DNA from: a virus | Lineage: Duplodnaviria; Caudoviricetes | Direction: 5' to 3' (one strand) | Virus record (IMG/VR): IMGVR_UViG_3300049169_000015 | Coordinates: 1 to 40,594 of that record | Length of the DNA: 40,594 bases | Shown: positions 16,828 to 25,955 of the stretch, piece after piece | Layout of the letters: each line of letters starts with the position of its first letter | Numbering within the stretch: position 1 is the first letter of the stretch | Position numbers and translations under genes: made by a program | Notes under the pieces: model-generated | The model's input: only the letters and a program-made list of their open reading frames with translations | The model's database searches: none | What the model was told of the DNA's origin: nothing

Positions 16828-17059
16828 CCGACTCGCCCCCCTCCCGGCCGGCCTGCTCCCCCTGCTGACCATGCGGGAGATCGAGACGTACTACGGCGTC
16901 TCGGACTGGCAGGTCCTTCAGTGGATCAAGCAGGGGATGCCCGTTGAGCCGTTCCGCGGCCGGCAGCGCCGATTCGACCTGGAGAAGGTCCGCGCCTGGA
17001 TGGACGCCAGCTCGGACACGGGCCGCTCCGTCAAGGTCGGCGCCGCGATCAGCGCCTGA
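16811..17059 (+). CDS. xis: Excisionase / MerR-like winged-HTH protein
   Basis: LLTMREIETYYGVSDWQVLQWIKQGMP...RRFDLEKVRAW. Confidence 0.7.
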   Translation: MPKKSDRLAPLPAGLLPLLTMREIETYYGVSDWQVLQWIKQGMPVEPFRGRQRRFDLEKVRAWMDASSDTGRSVKVGAAISA

Positions 17060-17138
17060 TCCCCACGTAAGAGGGGCCGCTCCGTCCGACCGGAACGACC
17101 CCATCGGCACACCTCAACAACACAGGAATCGAGGGACC

Positions 17139-17612
17139 GTGAGCACCATCTTCTCACCGCCGGCCACCGCGCCGACGAACTGGCCCACCGGCCACCGGCG
17201 CCCGCTGCGCGTGGCCGGCATCCGGGTCCAGCCGACCACCGTGCCGGGCGTGTTCCGCACCGCGGCCCGCATCCTCTCCGCGAACGGGCACTACCAGGGC
17301 GACTACTGCCCCGACGTGTTCGACCGCGAGATGAACCCGGCCGAGTTCCCGCACCACATGCGGCCTCTGTCGATCGTCGCGGCGCTGCGCTGTGCCGTGT
17401 CGGGTGACCCGCACCGCAACTCGCTGCTGGCGGACAACGCGATCGCGGTCCTGGCCATGCGGCTGGAGGTCGACGGGGAGGGCCCGTTCTGGACGGACAT
17501 CTTCTCGCTGGAGTTCCACATCGCGGCGTGGGGTGACGTCGAGGGTCGGACGACCGAGTCCGCTGTGGCGGTGCTGGAGGCGGCGGCTGACGCGAACGAG
17601 GTGTCGGCATGA
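17139..17612 (+). CDS. DUF6197-like protein
   Basis: AARILSANGHYQGDY...SIVAALRCA...AWGDVEGRT...VLEAAA pattern. Confidence 0.6.
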   Translation: MSTIFSPPATAPTNWPTGHRRPLRVAGIRVQPTTVPGVFRTAARILSANGHYQGDYCPDVFDREMNPAEFPHHMRPLSIVAALRCAVSGDPHRNSLLADNAIAVLAMRLEVDGEGPFWTDIFSLEFHIAAWGDVEGRTTESAVAVLEAAADANEVSA

Positions 17613-18166
17613 CGTCGACACGTGCGATCAACGCTGCGGCCGGTGTGATCCACGCGTGCATGCAGCAGGGCAAGACCCTCCCGGCGTCGCAGGCGTACGC
17701 CCTGGACTCGGCCGGGCTGCTCAACTCGCCGGAGTACGCGGCCGAGGTTGCCGCGCTGCGGGCCCGGGTCGCCGAGCTGGAGGCGGCCGCCAAGACATCG
17801 CGCACCGAGGCGATCGCCGACGTCGGCGACTGGCTGGACGAGAACGGCCAGAAGGACGCGGCCTATCTCGTCTACACCGTCGACATCCCGGCCGCCCGCG
17901 ACATGCGCACCGTCGCGATCCGCCCGGTGGACGAGGACCCGATCGCGTACTCGCTGACCGTGGAAGCCCTGCACGCCTCGTCGGGTGCGGTCATCGAGGT
18001 CCCGTCCCGCCACGGCCCGACGCCCGACGAGACGGCCGCCGCTGTCCGCCGGTCGGTCGACGCGCAGTTCCCCGTAGTGGCCGCGTTCCTCGCCGACGAG
18101 GCCCCGCACGAGACGACGCCGCGTCCCCGGCCCGTGCCGCACGACCTGCCCGAGGTGACGCCGTGA
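17609..18166 (+). CDS. Hypothetical protein
   Basis: ATGA-coupled; AYALDSAGLL and LRARVAELE coiled coil. Confidence 0.7.
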   Translation: MTSTRAINAAAGVIHACMQQGKTLPASQAYALDSAGLLNSPEYAAEVAALRARVAELEAAAKTSRTEAIADVGDWLDENGQKDAAYLVYTVDIPAARDMRTVAIRPVDEDPIAYSLTVEALHASSGAVIEVPSRHGPTPDETAAAVRRSVDAQFPVVAAFLADEAPHETTPRPRPVPHDLPEVTP

Positions 18167-18303
18167 CCTGGCTCCAGATCCTTGCCGCCGCCTGCTTCGC
18201 CTGGGGCATGTGCGCCCTCCTCGTCATCGCCGCGACCGACGAAGACGGCACCCTCCACCACCTGATCGCCCTCCTGCACCACATCGGAGACCACCGTGGC
18301 TGA
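18163..18303 (+). CDS. Small membrane protein (46 aa)
   Basis: GTGA coupling, GAGG RBS; hydrophobic N-terminus. Confidence 0.55.
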   Translation: MTWLQILAAACFAWGMCALLVIAATDEDGTLHHLIALLHHIGDHRG

Positions 18304-18640
18304 CCACATCACCGGGCCCATCCCGATCAACATCGACACCACCCCCACCGCGGTCGTCCTCGACATGGCTGCCCTCACCCGCCTCGTGGTCGGCGACGTC
18401 CTCGACGCCCTCCTCGACGAGCAGGACACCGGCGCGTGGGACCGGCTGCACGAGCTGGCCGACACGACCGCCGCGCCGACGCCAGAGGGACGTCTCCCGT
18501 ACGAGGAGCTGGTCGCCGGGCTGGCCGAGCACGCGTCGTCTCGGGTGCCGCTGTATGGGCCGCGGGCGCGGGAGTTGGCGGACCGCCTGCTGCGGGTGTC
18601 GGGGCCGCGTGCGGTGCCGCCGTCGAGGAGGTCGGCATGA
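18296..18640 (+). CDS. Hypothetical protein
   Basis: GGAG RBS; overlaps neighbours in the operon. Confidence 0.65.
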   Translation: MADHITGPIPINIDTTPTAVVLDMAALTRLVVGDVLDALLDEQDTGAWDRLHELADTTAAPTPEGRLPYEELVAGLAEHASSRVPLYGPRARELADRLLRVSGPRAVPPSRRSA

Positions 18641-19176
18641 GCGCCCTCGACGAACTGCTCGATGAATACGGGCGGGCCGACACGGCGCCGCTCGGCACCC
18701 TCGCCGAACTTCGGCAGAAGCTCGACGCCTACCGCGCCGAGGTGATCGCGGAGTACCGCGCCGCGTTCACCATGGCCGACGCCCGCGGCATCGCCCGCAA
18801 CCACCGCGCCGCCGTGCTGCGCGAGGCCGCCGACGCGATCAACGCCCTGCCGCAGGACTACGAGTGCGACCCCGGCCGGGGCGACTCCGCCGACCTGCTG
18901 CGCCGCATGGCCGACGAGGCGGCCGAGGAGCAGGCCGCTCCCGACTTCTTCCAGCCGGGCCGGACGTACGCCTACGAGGCCAGCGGCTTCACCGCCCCCG
19001 AGCTGCTGACCGTCTTCCGCGTGGCGTGCACCACCATCCACCCGGCCACCGGAGCCCCCTTCGCCTTCGGGTGGATCCGTCGCGGGGAATCGACCGGGTG
19101 GGCGGCGTACGTCGAGCCCGCCGACGACTGGCCCCACGCGTGGACCGAGATCACTGAGGGCGGCGATGCCCGATGA
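18637..19176 (+). CDS. Hypothetical mosaic protein (LREAAD and PDFFQPGRTY modules)
   Basis: GAGGAGG RBS; ATGA coupling at both ends. Confidence 0.7.
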   Translation: MSALDELLDEYGRADTAPLGTLAELRQKLDAYRAEVIAEYRAAFTMADARGIARNHRAAVLREAADAINALPQDYECDPGRGDSADLLRRMADEAAEEQAAPDFFQPGRTYAYEASGFTAPELLTVFRVACTTIHPATGAPFAFGWIRRGESTGWAAYVEPADDWPHAWTEITEGGDAR

Positions 19177-20096
19177 CGACGACACCGATGGCCGGGGCGG
19201 CCACCACCGCCCCGGCCGCCGGCCGCCGCCGCAAGGCAGCCCCGGCACCCACCGGACCCGACCGCATCCCCAAGCCCTCCCAGGGCTGGTACCGCGACAA
19301 GGTCACCGGCGACAAGCTCCGCCGCGTCACCACCATCCTGTCCCAGGGCTCCACCAAGGGCGACGTCCTCGCCCTCTGGGCCGCGAACCTCGTCGCCGAG
19401 ACCGCGTTCAACAACCTCCCCGCCCTCGTCTCCGCCTCGCTCCGCCCCGAGCGGCGCACCGAAATGTACGACTGGCTGCGCCGCGCCCCGCTCCGCAAGA
19501 AGGACGAACGCGCAGACATCGGCTCCGCCGTGCACCGCATCATCGAGGCCCACGTCCTCGGCCAGCCCATCCCGGCCGAGCTGACCGACGACGAGGAGAT
19601 GGCCCCGTACCTCGCCAACTTCCTCCGCTTCGTCGAGGAGTGGCAGGTCACCTTCGAAGCGTCAGAGATGGTCGTCGGCAACCGCACCCACGGCTACGCC
19701 GGCACCCTCGACTACCTGCTCCGCTCCCCGCTCATCGCCGCCGAGTTCAACATCCCGGCCTCCACGGTCCTGATGGGCGACACGAAGACCGGCGGCGAAC
19801 TGGACGTCAAGGGCGTCTACCCCGAGGCCGCGTTGCAGATGTCCGCCTACCGCCGCGCTGAGGTGGCGTGGCTGCGGGACGGCTCCACCGTGCCGATGCC
19901 CGCCACGCACTCCACCGGGGTCGTGCTGCACCTGCGGCCGGAGGGCTACCGGCTGATCCCCGTCGTCTGCGACGACCGTGTGTTCGCCGCCTTCCGGATC
20001 GTGCAGCAGGCCGCCGACTGGGTGTCCGGCCTGTCCAAGACCGTCGTCGAGCCCGCCCTCGTCCTTCCCACCACCGTCACAGAGAGGGCCGCTTGA
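19173..20096 (+). CDS. PD-(D/E)XK exonuclease (Cas4/RecE-like)
   Basis: RVTTIL, GSAVH, E...YAGTLD, GDTKT, LQMSAY motifs. Confidence 0.85.
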   Translation: MTTTPMAGAATTAPAAGRRRKAAPAPTGPDRIPKPSQGWYRDKVTGDKLRRVTTILSQGSTKGDVLALWAANLVAETAFNNLPALVSASLRPERRTEMYDWLRRAPLRKKDERADIGSAVHRIIEAHVLGQPIPAELTDDEEMAPYLANFLRFVEEWQVTFEASEMVVGNRTHGYAGTLDYLLRSPLIAAEFNIPASTVLMGDTKTGGELDVKGVYPEAALQMSAYRRAEVAWLRDGSTVPMPATHSTGVVLHLRPEGYRLIPVVCDDRVFAAFRIVQQAADWVSGLSKTVVEPALVLPTTVTERAA

Positions 20097-21211
20097 TGCC
20101 CATCCTCGACCTCCAGATGCGGATGCGTCAGCTCGGCGAGATCCGCCTCGGCCACGTCGTTCCCACCTCCAACGGCAAGACCCGCCCGGCCAAGCTCAAC
20201 GAGTTCCGCTTCACCAGCCCGTCCCGGCAGATCCTCACCAGCGTCGCCGACCTGTACGGCGGAGAGGTCCAGTCCTGGACCCCCGCCAACGGCGGCCCCG
20301 CCGAGTTCGAGGTGTACTCCACCACCAACCGGCTCCCGGTCCTCATCCCGCCGCGCGACGCCGTGTCCCAGTGGTACGAGCTGTACGCCGGATCGAAGTG
20401 CCAGCGCCGCTGCGACGGCGTCACTGAGCTGAAGTCCGACCGGCCCTGCATGTGCAACCCGGACGACCGTGACTGCTCCCTCACTACCCGCGTGAACGTC
20501 ATGCTCCGCGACGTCCCCGCCCTCGGCCAGTGGCTCCTCGTCTCCAAGGGCTACCACGCCGCCGTCACCCTGCCCCCAGCCGCCGAACTCCTCGCACAAG
20601 CCGGCGGGTACGTCGCCGGGTGGCTCGGCATGGAAGAGAAGACGGCCATCGTCAAGGACAAGTTGGCCCGGTTCATGGTGCCGACCCTGGATGTGGAGAT
20701 CACCCCGGCTGCGCTGATGGCCGGGCAGATCACCGGCGCCGCTCCGGCGGTGGCGTCGGGCCCGGAGCGGGTCGCCATCACCGGTGGCCGCCCGGACTAC
20801 GCCGCACTCGCCGCGGTCGCCAAGACGGCCGACGAGGTCGGGAAGCTGTGGACGCAGGCCGTTGCCGCCAAGCACATGGACAAGGCTCTCGCCGCAACGC
20901 TCACCGCCCGCGCCGAGGAGCTGAAGAAGCAGGCCGCCGAGGTGTCCGACGAGGCTGGTGAGTCCGGCTGGAAGGACGAGCCGCACCAGGACGGGCCCGA
21001 CGAGGAAGGCGCCTACGTCGCCGAGGTCGTCGAGGACGACGACATCGAGGCGATCTGGTTCCAGATCATCGCCGCCGCCGGGCCGCTCGGCCTGACCACC
21101 GACCAGGTCGAAGCACAGTTCGCCGAGCAGAACAGCGGACTGCACCCGTCGACCGCATCGGCCGCCCGGCTCCGCGAGTTCCTCACCGCGCTCAAGGCGG
21201 TGCGCTCATGA
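20096..21211 (+). CDS. Gp3/RDF-like family protein, probable recombination partner of the exonuclease
   Basis: LGEIRLG...RPAKLNEFRFTS...CQRRCDG...CxC...C; TGATG-coupled to the exonuclease; family call from recall only. Confidence 0.55.
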   Translation: MPILDLQMRMRQLGEIRLGHVVPTSNGKTRPAKLNEFRFTSPSRQILTSVADLYGGEVQSWTPANGGPAEFEVYSTTNRLPVLIPPRDAVSQWYELYAGSKCQRRCDGVTELKSDRPCMCNPDDRDCSLTTRVNVMLRDVPALGQWLLVSKGYHAAVTLPPAAELLAQAGGYVAGWLGMEEKTAIVKDKLARFMVPTLDVEITPAALMAGQITGAAPAVASGPERVAITGGRPDYAALAAVAKTADEVGKLWTQAVAAKHMDKALAATLTARAEELKKQAAEVSDEAGESGWKDEPHQDGPDEEGAYVAEVVEDDDIEAIWFQIIAAAGPLGLTTDQVEAQFAEQNSGLHPSTASAARLREFLTALKAVRS

Positions 21212-21930
21212 GCTGGCACCTCGGCCGCCTCGCCGGGTTCGACCTCGAAACCACCGGCATCGACGTCGAGACCGACCGCATCGTCACCGCCTGCGTCGTC
21301 CAGTGCGGCGGCAGCCAGCCCGTCGAGTCCGGCACATGGCTTGCCGACCCCGGCATCGACATCCCCGAAGGCGCCAGCGCGGTGCACGGCATCACCACCG
21401 AGCAGGCCCGCGCCGAAGGCAGGCCGGCCGCCGAGGTGATCGAGCAGGTGATCGCCGCACTGGCGCAGGTCGCCCGCGACGGCATCCCGATCGTCACCAT
21501 GAACGGCGCATTCGACTTCACGATCTTGGACCGCGAGGCCCGCCGCCACGACGTACCGGCCCTGTTCGACATCGCCGATCCACTCATCGCCGACGTCCGC
21601 GTCCTCGACAAGGTCGTCGACAAGTACCGGCGCGGCGGCCGGAAGCTGACCGACCTGTGCCAGCACTACGAGGTCGCCCTCGACGGCGCGCACCAGGCGG
21701 ACGCCGACGCGATCGCCGCATGCCGCGTCGCCTGGCGCATCGCCACCCGCTACGAGCGGATCGGCGGCACGCCGCTCGAGGTCCTGCACCAGCAGCAGGT
21801 CGCCTGGGCCCGCGAGCAGGCCGAAAGCCTCGCCGCCCACTTCGCCCGCACCCCCGGCAAGGAGCACCAGGCCGCTGGTGTCCGCACCGACTGGCCGTTC
21901 ATCCCCCACCAGCGAGGAGACGAGTCGTGA
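21208..21930 (+). CDS. DnaQ-like DEDDh 3'-5' exonuclease
   Basis: FDLETTG, VHGIT, NGAFD, AHQADAD. Confidence 0.92.
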   Translation: MSWHLGRLAGFDLETTGIDVETDRIVTACVVQCGGSQPVESGTWLADPGIDIPEGASAVHGITTEQARAEGRPAAEVIEQVIAALAQVARDGIPIVTMNGAFDFTILDREARRHDVPALFDIADPLIADVRVLDKVVDKYRRGGRKLTDLCQHYEVALDGAHQADADAIAACRVAWRIATRYERIGGTPLEVLHQQQVAWAREQAESLAAHFARTPGKEHQAAGVRTDWPFIPHQRGDES

Positions 21931-22454
21931 CCCAGCTCGCCACCGAAACCCCCGCGGCCGGGCTGACCCCCCGCCCGGCCGCGGCCCCGGCCGCGATCAC
22001 CATCGTTGTCCACGGCCTGCCCGCCCCGCAGGGCAGCAAGCGGCACGTCGGCCGCGGCGTCATGATCGAGTCCTCCAAGAAGGTCAAGCCCTGGCGACAG
22101 GACGTCAAGTACGCCGCCCTCGACGCCGTCGGCGACACGTGGTCTCTCCTCGACGGGCCGCTCGCCGCCTCCATGGTGTTCACCTTCGCCCGCGGCAAGG
22201 GCCACTACCGGACCGGGCGCAACGCGCACCTGCTCCGCGACTCAGCACCTTCACGACCGGCCGTCACCCCGGACCTGTCGAAGATCCTCCGCTCGACCGA
22301 AGACGCCCTGACCGGCGTGGTGTGGAAGGACGACGCCCGCGTCGTCGAGTACGTGACGCTCGGCAAGTTCTACGCGGGCACCGACGCCGCCGACGTCCTC
22401 GACGGGCCCGGCTGCGTGATCCGCGTCTGGCAGCTGGCGGCGGTGGCCCGATGA
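21927..22454 (+). CDS. rusA: RusA-like Holliday junction resolvase
   Basis: PAPQGSK...PWR...PDLSKILRSTEDALTGVVWKDDARVV. Confidence 0.9.
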   Translation: MTQLATETPAAGLTPRPAAAPAAITIVVHGLPAPQGSKRHVGRGVMIESSKKVKPWRQDVKYAALDAVGDTWSLLDGPLAASMVFTFARGKGHYRTGRNAHLLRDSAPSRPAVTPDLSKILRSTEDALTGVVWKDDARVVEYVTLGKFYAGTDAADVLDGPGCVIRVWQLAAVAR

Positions 22455-22888
22455 CGATCCGCCCCGACGTCGCCGAACTCCTCAAGGCCGGCCACCCCGA
22501 CCGAACCATCGCCCGCCACCTCCACATGGACCACAAGACGGTCAGCAAGGCACGCGCCCTCCTCGGCCTGCCGAAGGCCAAGCAAGGCCCCAAGGCCGCC
22601 GCCACCGCAGCCGATCTCTTCTGGAACCGCACACAGCCCACCGACGACGGACACCTCCTGTGGACCGGCCACGTCAGTGCGAGTGGCTGTCCCAGCCTCC
22701 GGCATGGCGGAAAGCACCACACCGCCTACCGGGTCGCGTTCGGGATCCGGTTCGGCCGCGCCCCCGAAGGCAAGGTCACCCCGACCTGCGACCGGCCGCT
22801 GTGTGTCTCGCCTCATCACGTCGAGGACCGGCTCATCCGGGAGCGGACGCAGGACACGTTCGCCGCGATCTTCGGCGGCACGGCGTGA
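22451..22888 (+). CDS. HTH plus degenerate His-Me finger (HNH-like) protein
   Basis: N-terminal HTH (DRTIARHLHMDHKTV); HLLWTG...AYRVAF...TCDRPLCVSPHH. Confidence 0.65.
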   Translation: MTIRPDVAELLKAGHPDRTIARHLHMDHKTVSKARALLGLPKAKQGPKAAATAADLFWNRTQPTDDGHLLWTGHVSASGCPSLRHGGKHHTAYRVAFGIRFGRAPEGKVTPTCDRPLCVSPHHVEDRLIRERTQDTFAAIFGGTA

Positions 22889-23115
22889 CCGGCCGCCGTC
22901 GGCGCCGCGCCCCGCCGGAACTCCCGCCGGGTGGGCTCCTCGACTGGCGTGACCAGACGCACTGGTCATGGACCGAGAAGCCCTGCCGCTACTGCGGCTT
23001 CCCCACCCACCTCCGCGACTCCAAGCGGTCCCCAGCGCACAAGGTCTGCGCCGAGGACGCCCTCGCCGCCCAGGCCCGCGAAGCGGCCGAGGCCTACCGA
23101 AAGGAAACCCTCTGA
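22885..23115 (+). CDS. Small C2HC Zn-finger protein
   Basis: PCRYCG...AHKVCAE; coupled. Confidence 0.65.
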   Translation: MTGRRRRRAPPELPPGGLLDWRDQTHWSWTEKPCRYCGFPTHLRDSKRSPAHKVCAEDALAAQAREAAEAYRKETL

Positions 23116-23552
23116 TGCCCAAGCTCCCCGCCCACCAGACCCCCGAGGTCAAGCTCGACAGCGCCGCAGGGTTCATCGAGAACAGCCTCTCCACCGAGCA
23201 GCGCCGCGGCCTCTTCGAGAAGCCCGGCACCGTCGTCGTCGCCATCGTCGAGCTGACCTCCAAGAGCTACACGGGCCACGCCGACGGCGAAGAGAAGGAC
23301 CCGCAGGTCAAGGTCCGCGTCACCGGCTGCGAGGTCGCCCGCAGCAACGAGGACGCCGCCGCCCTGCTCGAGGCCAAGCGCGCGATGTGGCGCGGCCGCC
23401 GCATGGACGGAACGTTCGACGAGATCGGCGAAGGCCCGCAGCGCCCGGACGGGGCCCTGGTGGACGTCACCGCCGACAAGCCCACCGAGGCCGAGTGGAA
23501 GGCCCACCAGCGCGCCACCGAAGAGCGCCGCCGGGCCGAGTTCGTCCGCTGA
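23115..23552 (+). CDS. Hypothetical protein (145 aa)
   Basis: AAGGA RBS, TGATG coupling. Confidence 0.7.
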   Translation: MPKLPAHQTPEVKLDSAAGFIENSLSTEQRRGLFEKPGTVVVAIVELTSKSYTGHADGEEKDPQVKVRVTGCEVARSNEDAAALLEAKRAMWRGRRMDGTFDEIGEGPQRPDGALVDVTADKPTEAEWKAHQRATEERRRAEFVR

Positions 23553-23567
23553 CCCACCCCGCATGAC

Positions 23568-23603
23568 CGTCCGGGGCGGCCGGCCCGAGCCCCGCCCCGG
23601 ACG
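23568..23603 (+). terminator. 12-bp stem-loop upstream of rep
   Basis: CGTCCGGGGCGG/CCGCCCCGGACG. Confidence 0.55.
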
Positions 23604-24430
23604 TGACACCCGCACCACCGCAGACGACGGAGACACCCTTGAGCACAGACGAGCAGGCCACCCGCGCCGCGGGGAGCGTCCCCAACGCGTACGGGAACGC
23701 CCTCGCATGGCGCTGGTCGCGAGAGATGCCCACCGCCCTGCGACGCGGCTTCCTCACCCTGCTCTACGCCGTGCGCGCCATGGCGAACGCCAACGGTGAA
23801 CTCCGCTTCCCCGACAAGCCCATCCGGATCCAGGACATCGCCAAAGCCGCGGGCGCCAGCGAGAAGGACGCACGCCGCTACATCAACGCCGCCATCGCCG
23901 CCGGAGTCATCCTCGTCAAGGGCGAGCAGCGGCGCGGGAAGCCCACCCTGTACGTCCTCATGGTCGACCCGTCACCGGACTGGGGAGCCGCCGAGTCGTC
24001 GCTGAAGAGCAGCCGCCGGCCGTCCGGGAAGAGCCCCGCACCGTGGCAGGAGCCCACCGAAAGTTCGGGGGACCGCGACCCGAACCAGTTCGGGGGACCG
24101 CGACCCGAACTTGAGGACCCGGCGCCGGAAGAAGTTCGGGCCCCCGCGACCCGTATGGGTTCGGGCCCCCGCGACCCGAATGGTTCGGGCCCCCGCGACC
24201 CGAACAACCCAGGTACTACCCATGAGTCTTCCCATGACGGGGCCGGGGTGATCTTCAAACCTCAGGTAGTGGTGGCCGCGGAAGTCCAAAAGATCGACTC
24301 CGCCCAAGAACAAGACCACCACGAGCAGCAGCCCGCCGCCTTCGTCCGCTGCGCCCGCTGCCACGAACGCATGGTCCCCCGCCCCGGCCGCACCACACAC
24401 ACGCACTGCACCGAAAGGAACGCCTCATGA
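23603..24430 (+). CDS. Replication initiator (winged-HTH, lambda O-like organisation); true start may be TTG 23639
   Basis: HTH IQDIAKAAGASEKDARRYI; internal iteron array; C-terminal CxxC..HxxC. Confidence 0.75.
   Translation: MTPAPPQTTETPLSTDEQATRAAGSVPNAYGNALAWRWSREMPTALRRGFLTLLYAVRAMANANGELRFPDKPIRIQDIAKAAGASEKDARRYINAAIAAGVILVKGEQRRGKPTLYVLMVDPSPDWGAAESSLKSSRRPSGKSPAPWQEPTESSGDRDPNQFGGPRPELEDPAPEEVRAPATRMGSGPRDPNGSGPRDPNNPGTTHESSHDGAGVIFKPQVVVAAEVQKIDSAQEQDHHEQQPAAFVRCARCHERMVPRPGRTTHTHCTERNAS
24063..24205. repeat. Five 23-bp iterons (putative ori)
   Basis: GTTCGGG-N9-CCCGWAY at 24063, 24088, 24134, 24159, 24183. Confidence 0.85.
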
Positions 24431-24735
24431 ACCGCTGCCGCATCACCGGATGCAGCCGCCTCCGGGCCCCGCAGAAGCGCATCTGCCAACTCCACCGCAG
24501 CCGCCTCTACCGCCACGGCAACCCCCACCAGCCCAACACCCCCGCCGACGAGCACGCCATCGAAGCCGCCGTCAGCACCCGCCGCACCCTCCCGGGCCTG
24601 CGCCCCGCCGAACGACGAGCCGCCGGCCTTCAGCTCACCGACCTCGGCCTCCCCGCCGCTGAGGTCGCCCGCATCTTCAGCGTCACCGAGCGCACCGTCT
24701 ACCGCTGGCGCTCACAGACCACCACCGCCGCGTGA
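24427..24735 (+). CDS. Cys/His N-terminus plus HTH DNA-binding protein
   Basis: CRITGC...CQLH; AAEVARIFSVTERTVYRWR. Confidence 0.75.
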   Translation: MNRCRITGCSRLRAPQKRICQLHRSRLYRHGNPHQPNTPADEHAIEAAVSTRRTLPGLRPAERRAAGLQLTDLGLPAAEVARIFSVTERTVYRWRSQTTTAA

Positions 24736-24824
24736 ACGGCTCCGCGACCGACGAGGAGATCCGTTCCCCTGACTGGTGCCACCGCCACTGGTGCCACCGC
24801 ACCGCCTGCCCGAGTCCCCACTGA
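24732..24824 (+). CDS. Putative 30-aa Cys/His micro-protein
   Basis: GTGA coupling; VNGSATDEEIRSPDWCHRHWCHRTACPSPH*. Confidence 0.4.
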   Translation: MNGSATDEEIRSPDWCHRHWCHRTACPSPH

Positions 24825-24866
24825 CCCGCCGACCGACCGGCACCCACCCACCGAAGGAGAAGGATC

Positions 24867-25832
24867 GTGGAGTACTACCGCGACGAGCAGGTGACGCTGC
24901 TCCTCGGCGACGCCCTGGATCAGCTGCGGGCCCTGCCGGACGGCTCGGTCGACTGCATCGTGACGAGCCCGCCGTACTACGGGCTGCGCGACTACGGCAC
25001 CGAAGGGCAGTACGGGCTCGAGGCCACGCCCGCCGAGTACGTTGAGACGATGCGGGCGCTGTTCTCGGAGGCCCGCCGGGTGCTCGCCGACGACGGCACC
25101 CTGTGGCTCAACCTCGGTGACAGCTACGCCTACCCGCCCGGCTCAGCTGGACGGCAGGGCACCGGGCAGCGGAAGGGCCGCACGTTCACCGCCGAGGGCC
25201 GTCCAGGGAAGCGCACGGTTCCGCCGAAGAATCTTCTGATGATCCCTGCCCGCGTCGCCATCGCCCTCCAGGACGACGGCTGGATACTCCGCGCCGAGAT
25301 CATCTGGGCCAAGCGGAACATCATGCCCGAGGCCGTAACGGATCGACCCACCCGGGCACACGAGCAGATCTTCCTACTGACCAAGCAGCCCCGGTACTGG
25401 TACGACGCCGACGCTATCCGTGAGGAAAGCAACGCCGCCCAGGAGGCCCACAACCAGCGGTACGCCCGCCAGTACGAGGCCCACACCGCCCGCGCCGCGA
25501 CAACTGGGCAACCCGGAAACGTCAACAGCGTCGGCATTCACTCCAGGCCCGGCAAGGGCGGCCGAAACGCCCGCACCGTGTGGACGATCTCGCAGACGCC
25601 GAACCCGCAGGCGCACTTCGCAACGTTCCCGCTGGAACTTCCCGCCCGCTGCATCAAGGCCGGCTGCAAGCCCGGCGGAACCGTGCTCGACCCGTTCTCC
25701 GGCTCCGGCACAACGGGAGCAGCAGCCCGGCAGCTCGACCGTCGGTACATCGGTATCGACCTCAACCCGGCCTACCACGACCTCGCCAAGGAGCGGTTCG
25801 CACAGGGCGTCCTGGACTTCGGCGCCGCATGA
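24867..25832 (+). CDS. Orphan beta-class N4C/N6A DNA methyltransferase
   Basis: VTSPPY catalytic motif before VLDPFSGSGTT SAM-binding motif; HFATFP. Confidence 0.92.
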   Translation: MEYYRDEQVTLLLGDALDQLRALPDGSVDCIVTSPPYYGLRDYGTEGQYGLEATPAEYVETMRALFSEARRVLADDGTLWLNLGDSYAYPPGSAGRQGTGQRKGRTFTAEGRPGKRTVPPKNLLMIPARVAIALQDDGWILRAEIIWAKRNIMPEAVTDRPTRAHEQIFLLTKQPRYWYDADAIREESNAAQEAHNQRYARQYEAHTARAATTGQPGNVNSVGIHSRPGKGGRNARTVWTISQTPNPQAHFATFPLELPARCIKAGCKPGGTVLDPFSGSGTTGAAARQLDRRYIGIDLNPAYHDLAKERFAQGVLDFGAA

Positions 25833-25955
25833 CCCGCCCCGTGAGCGTCGACGGGACGGCCGCGCTCGAACCGCGGCCGTCCCCAGCCCAAGCACACCAC
25901 ACCACCGCCGCCCGGCCAACGACCTGCCGCCAACCCTCCCGAGAGGACGGCCACC

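Noticed and set aside
19173-20096. Cas4 as part of a CRISPR or anti-CRISPR system
   Set aside because: No four-Cys Fe-S motif and no other cas genes; context is a phage recombination module
22451-22888. Active mobile homing endonuclease
   Set aside because: His-Me finger looks degenerate and truncated (AYR and TPTC in place of the usual AHR and H.C) and there is no intron or intein context
24063-24205. CRISPR-like array of palindromic 23-bp repeats
   Set aside because: Gaps are 1-2 bp (one of 23 bp), the repeats lie in frame within rep and there is no cas operon; they fit iterons
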